A stretch of 64,000 nt of DNA from Chlorokybus atmophyticus (lineage: Eukaryota > Plantae > Mesostigma and Chlorokybus algae), in NCBI GenBank assembly GCA_009103225.1, contig RHPI01003587.1:124001-188000 (forward strand), written 5' to 3'. Below, in pieces: positions 61,301-64,000 of this stretch (position 1 is the stretch's first letter; every line of letters begins with the position of its first letter). Below the pieces are notes generated by a model. It saw only the letters and a program-made list of their open reading frames with translations, was not told the origin of the DNA and ran no database searches. The position numbers and the translations under genes are program-made.

Positions 61301-62945
61301 GCTGTTGTCAATACACTAGTCTCTGACTTGTTCGGCGTGTGCATATGTACAGGTGGCGCGTATGTACCTTCAGGTAAGCTGTGTGTATAGATCAGTGCTT
61401 GTGCCGCCAGCAGCTGCCTGTCAGCGATATACATTGGTTGTTTGTACCAGGCTCGTCCCACACCAGTACAACATCAAAGTCCCAAACAAGCTTCACGCAC
61501 ATACCAAAGGTACGCTTAACTACCTGTTGCAACGCACATGTTGACAGTTCTAACGAGCTGTTCCGTGTGCGCAAGCAGAAAGGCTTCCTATTCTTTGACA
61601 CGGCTCAGTTTGATGCCATTGAGCGCAAGATTATGGAGTTTAACGCATCGACACCAGTTGCGGAGGTGATAATGCAGCACTCAGTGTCGCACATGTTGGA
61701 GTAGGTCAAGCGCACAACATGCAACCCCAGCCCTTGCATGCATGCAGGCCGGTGCCGCCTTGTCTGAGGAGCACGTGGCGCTGATCAAGCGGATCATTGC
61801 GACGGCGCGCGAGACTACGCGATACCACGTGTCCAAGTTCAGCGATGCTGAGTACGCTGTGCTGGACAGGATGTTGCTGAGCTGGCCGCACGCACAGCTG
61901 TTTCCAGGTGAGACCTTATGATTGTTGACTTGTGTGCAGCTGCTGCCATCCTCCTACAGTTCTGAGTGACTATGCACGTATGTTGTTGCAGTGTTGGACA
62001 CGCTGCGCATGTTGCTGATGCACCCTGAAGCTGCCGCGCGCTACAGCAGAGGTAGCGGACATTGCATTATGTCATAGTCGTGTCTGCGACGGCATATCGG
62101 TCTTTGCCACCAATGCCAGCAATTTTGTGTCAGCAGGGCCAGTGTTGTTGCAAGCGTTGTTGCGGGCGAGCGGGCCACCCGTTATGGCTGCGGCACAGCT
62201 GACGGCGTTGCGCGCGCTCGCCAACGCATATAGGCACCGCGCGCTGCGGGACTGGCTGCGGCACAGCAGTGGGCAGGTGAGGGGCAAAGCGGGTCACAGG
62301 TCGCAGCCAGCGGAGCATGCCCGGTGCATGGCAGTAACACACGCCTTGTTGGCCAGGTCATTGACGCATATGCGGAGTGTTGCCGGTCGGACAACAAGAA
62401 TATCCGTTTGGCGCTGGCCACTGTGCTGCTCAAGTAAGTTCAAACGCGAGCCATGCCTGCAGTTGTCGCATAGTAGCCACTACAGTGTTGACCCATACTG
62501 TTTGTCTGGTTGGGCAGTTACGCGGTGCTGGCGAGTGAGGGCATGGATGCAGGCCCAAAGATGCATTGCCTCTCTGCACTCATGCAGGTAAGCCGCTGCT
62601 CTTCATGTAGTTGCCTGCCTGGCGGAACATGCAATCATGGAGACACCGTTGTCCTTGTTGCCAGTTGTGCGCGGATGAAGATCCCCAAGTGCTCTTCCGT
62701 GCGCTGGCTGGCGCCGGTACACTGGTGAGGAAATGCTATGTATTTGGGCAGTCATTCGATTTCAGCTCTACCATTGTGTTGCTAGGGGTTGACCCAATTT
62801 TGACCAGGTGTGTCTCGATCCGAGTTTACGGGACCAAGCCCAGAGCCTCGGGTTGCAAGCAGCGGTGGACAGTGCCAAGACTTCAGCCACGTCCACGGTG
62901 GTGGAGTGCGCAAAGGACGTGTCAAGAGCATTGCAACAGACATGA
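58393..62945 (+). CDS. PLAA: Phospholipase A2-activating protein / Doa1 / Ufd3 (WD40-PFU-PUL), multi-exon
   Basis: FKLSYELRAHEDD|VRGVC (intron 58471-59106), ATASRDKT, SASHDG, SASEDNT, QTIPHPGCVW, PFU DYVFDVDIGDG...KLPYN...NPYTAAAKFL, PUL-type C-terminal exons. Stop TGA at 62943-62945. Confidence 0.93.
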
Positions 62946-63670
62946 CAGGCTGTGGGCTTCTCTTCGAACGCTCATTGATAAGCCCACTTCCATTGTTTGT
63001 TTGTTATGTTGTCGCCTTGCGCAATCTTGTGCCATAGAGTGCATCAAAATCATGCACCCAAGCTGGCTGCAACATTTGGCCAGGCATGCAAGTACCAGAT
63101 GTCGTTGCAGACAAAGAATTGAGTTGCAGCATGTGCACACAGTCAACAGCAGACAATCAATAGTCACTGATTATCGAGCACAGCAATGCTGAGGCAAGTC
63201 ACACAGCAAAGCTTGTCGCTCGCAAATGTGGCCCCAATCCGCCCAATTCGAATTCGAACAATTGCATACCAACACATTGGCCAGAATCCTCAAACGCCCG
63301 CACTCTCCTTGGGCCACGAGAGCCAGGGCATAAGTTTCACCTCGCTATGCTTGCGTAGAGGCTTGCAATGACCAAATCTCAGTCACTTACAAACTCCAGA
63401 TGCATCACTGCACTCGAGCAGCCATGCTCTTGAAAGTCCCAACATCCCTGCAGTAAACGCTTGCATCCGGCGAACACGCTGTCCCCCGTTACAAGATTCC
63501 GCAACACCTTATCTTACAGGAAACCACGGCCACTACCAGCATTCTCGATCTCTCTCCTACATACCTTATTTGAACTCTTCTACAACTTTCCAACAGCAGC
63601 AGACAATGCAAGCCATGGCATTGCTTTTATGCACACAAGAGCAAACCACACCCAACCCGTTAAGACAGTA

Positions 63671-63982
63671 TTACCCCTTTCTTGCAAGCTCCTGGACGCC
63701 ACCCTGGAGGTTTTGCGGGTCGGCACCCTGCAGCTGCGCAACCTCCTTGCCCGCCTTGTGAAACTTGAATGTGGGCACTGCCGCGATGTCCAACCTCATC
63801 ACCGTGTTCTTCAGCGGCTCCTGCGCGTGTCATTTACTCAGATTATGGGTGTTTGCTGTGCAGGGAGTAGGCCTGGCTGAAGTCACTGTCAGTTTCTCAT
63901 ACCGCGTCGATGTCTACTTTGAAGAAGGACACGTCCGGAAAGTCTTCACTCAGCTTGTTATATAGTGGCGCGATCTTTTGGC
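63671..63982 (-). CDS. Thioredoxin, 3' exons only (5' end outside the window)
   Basis: Exons 63982-63903 and 63820-63671 give CQKIAPLYNKLSEDFPDVSFFKVDIDA|EPLKNTVMRLDIAAVPTFKFHKAGKEVAQLQGAD...* (TAA). Confidence 0.9.
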
Positions 63983-64000
63983 CTGTGCAGGGGAGGTACC

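Noticed and set aside
9797-63673. Alternative genetic code (TAR=Gln or TGA recoded) to explain in-frame stops
   Set aside because: Host genes end in TGA (VPS41, PLAA) and TAA (thioredoxin) at the expected positions, and their exons show no internal stops where traced.

Overview
Eukaryotic nuclear DNA with GT-AG introns of roughly 70-120 bp and the standard genetic code. The host proteins are plant-like, so the source is most likely a green alga (inference). About the first 53 kb is a nest of decayed transposable elements. Block 1 (2737-28343) is a CACTA/CMC-type non-autonomous shell with a 3-bp TSD. It contains hAT-1, which is split by a 12.4-kb Ty3/Gypsy composite that includes a 1073-bp inverted repeat, and hAT-2, which is split by an internally deleted chromovirus. 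Block 2 (~32.4-48.4 kb) holds a Plavaka-type transposase. Facing it is a decayed cargo region encoding zinc finger, OTU-like, RING, PHD-like and Tudor pieces and ending in a bacterial/phage-type C5 cytosine DNA methyltransferase. A second chromovirus, itself carrying a hAT MITE, is inserted in that cargo. A mini LTR element with a tRNA-like Pol III promoter in its LTR and an AT-rich tract follow. The last 10 kb is compact host DNA: VPS41 (-) and PLAA/DOA1 (+) transcribed divergently, then the 3' part of a thioredoxin (-). The best candidate for an undescribed system is the Plavaka-like DNA transposon with a chromatin reader plus C5-methyltransferase cargo; this copy is pseudogenised. All assignments come from motif recognition by eye and no searches were run. 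Three Ns (3689, 9597, 42210) mark probable assembly gaps.
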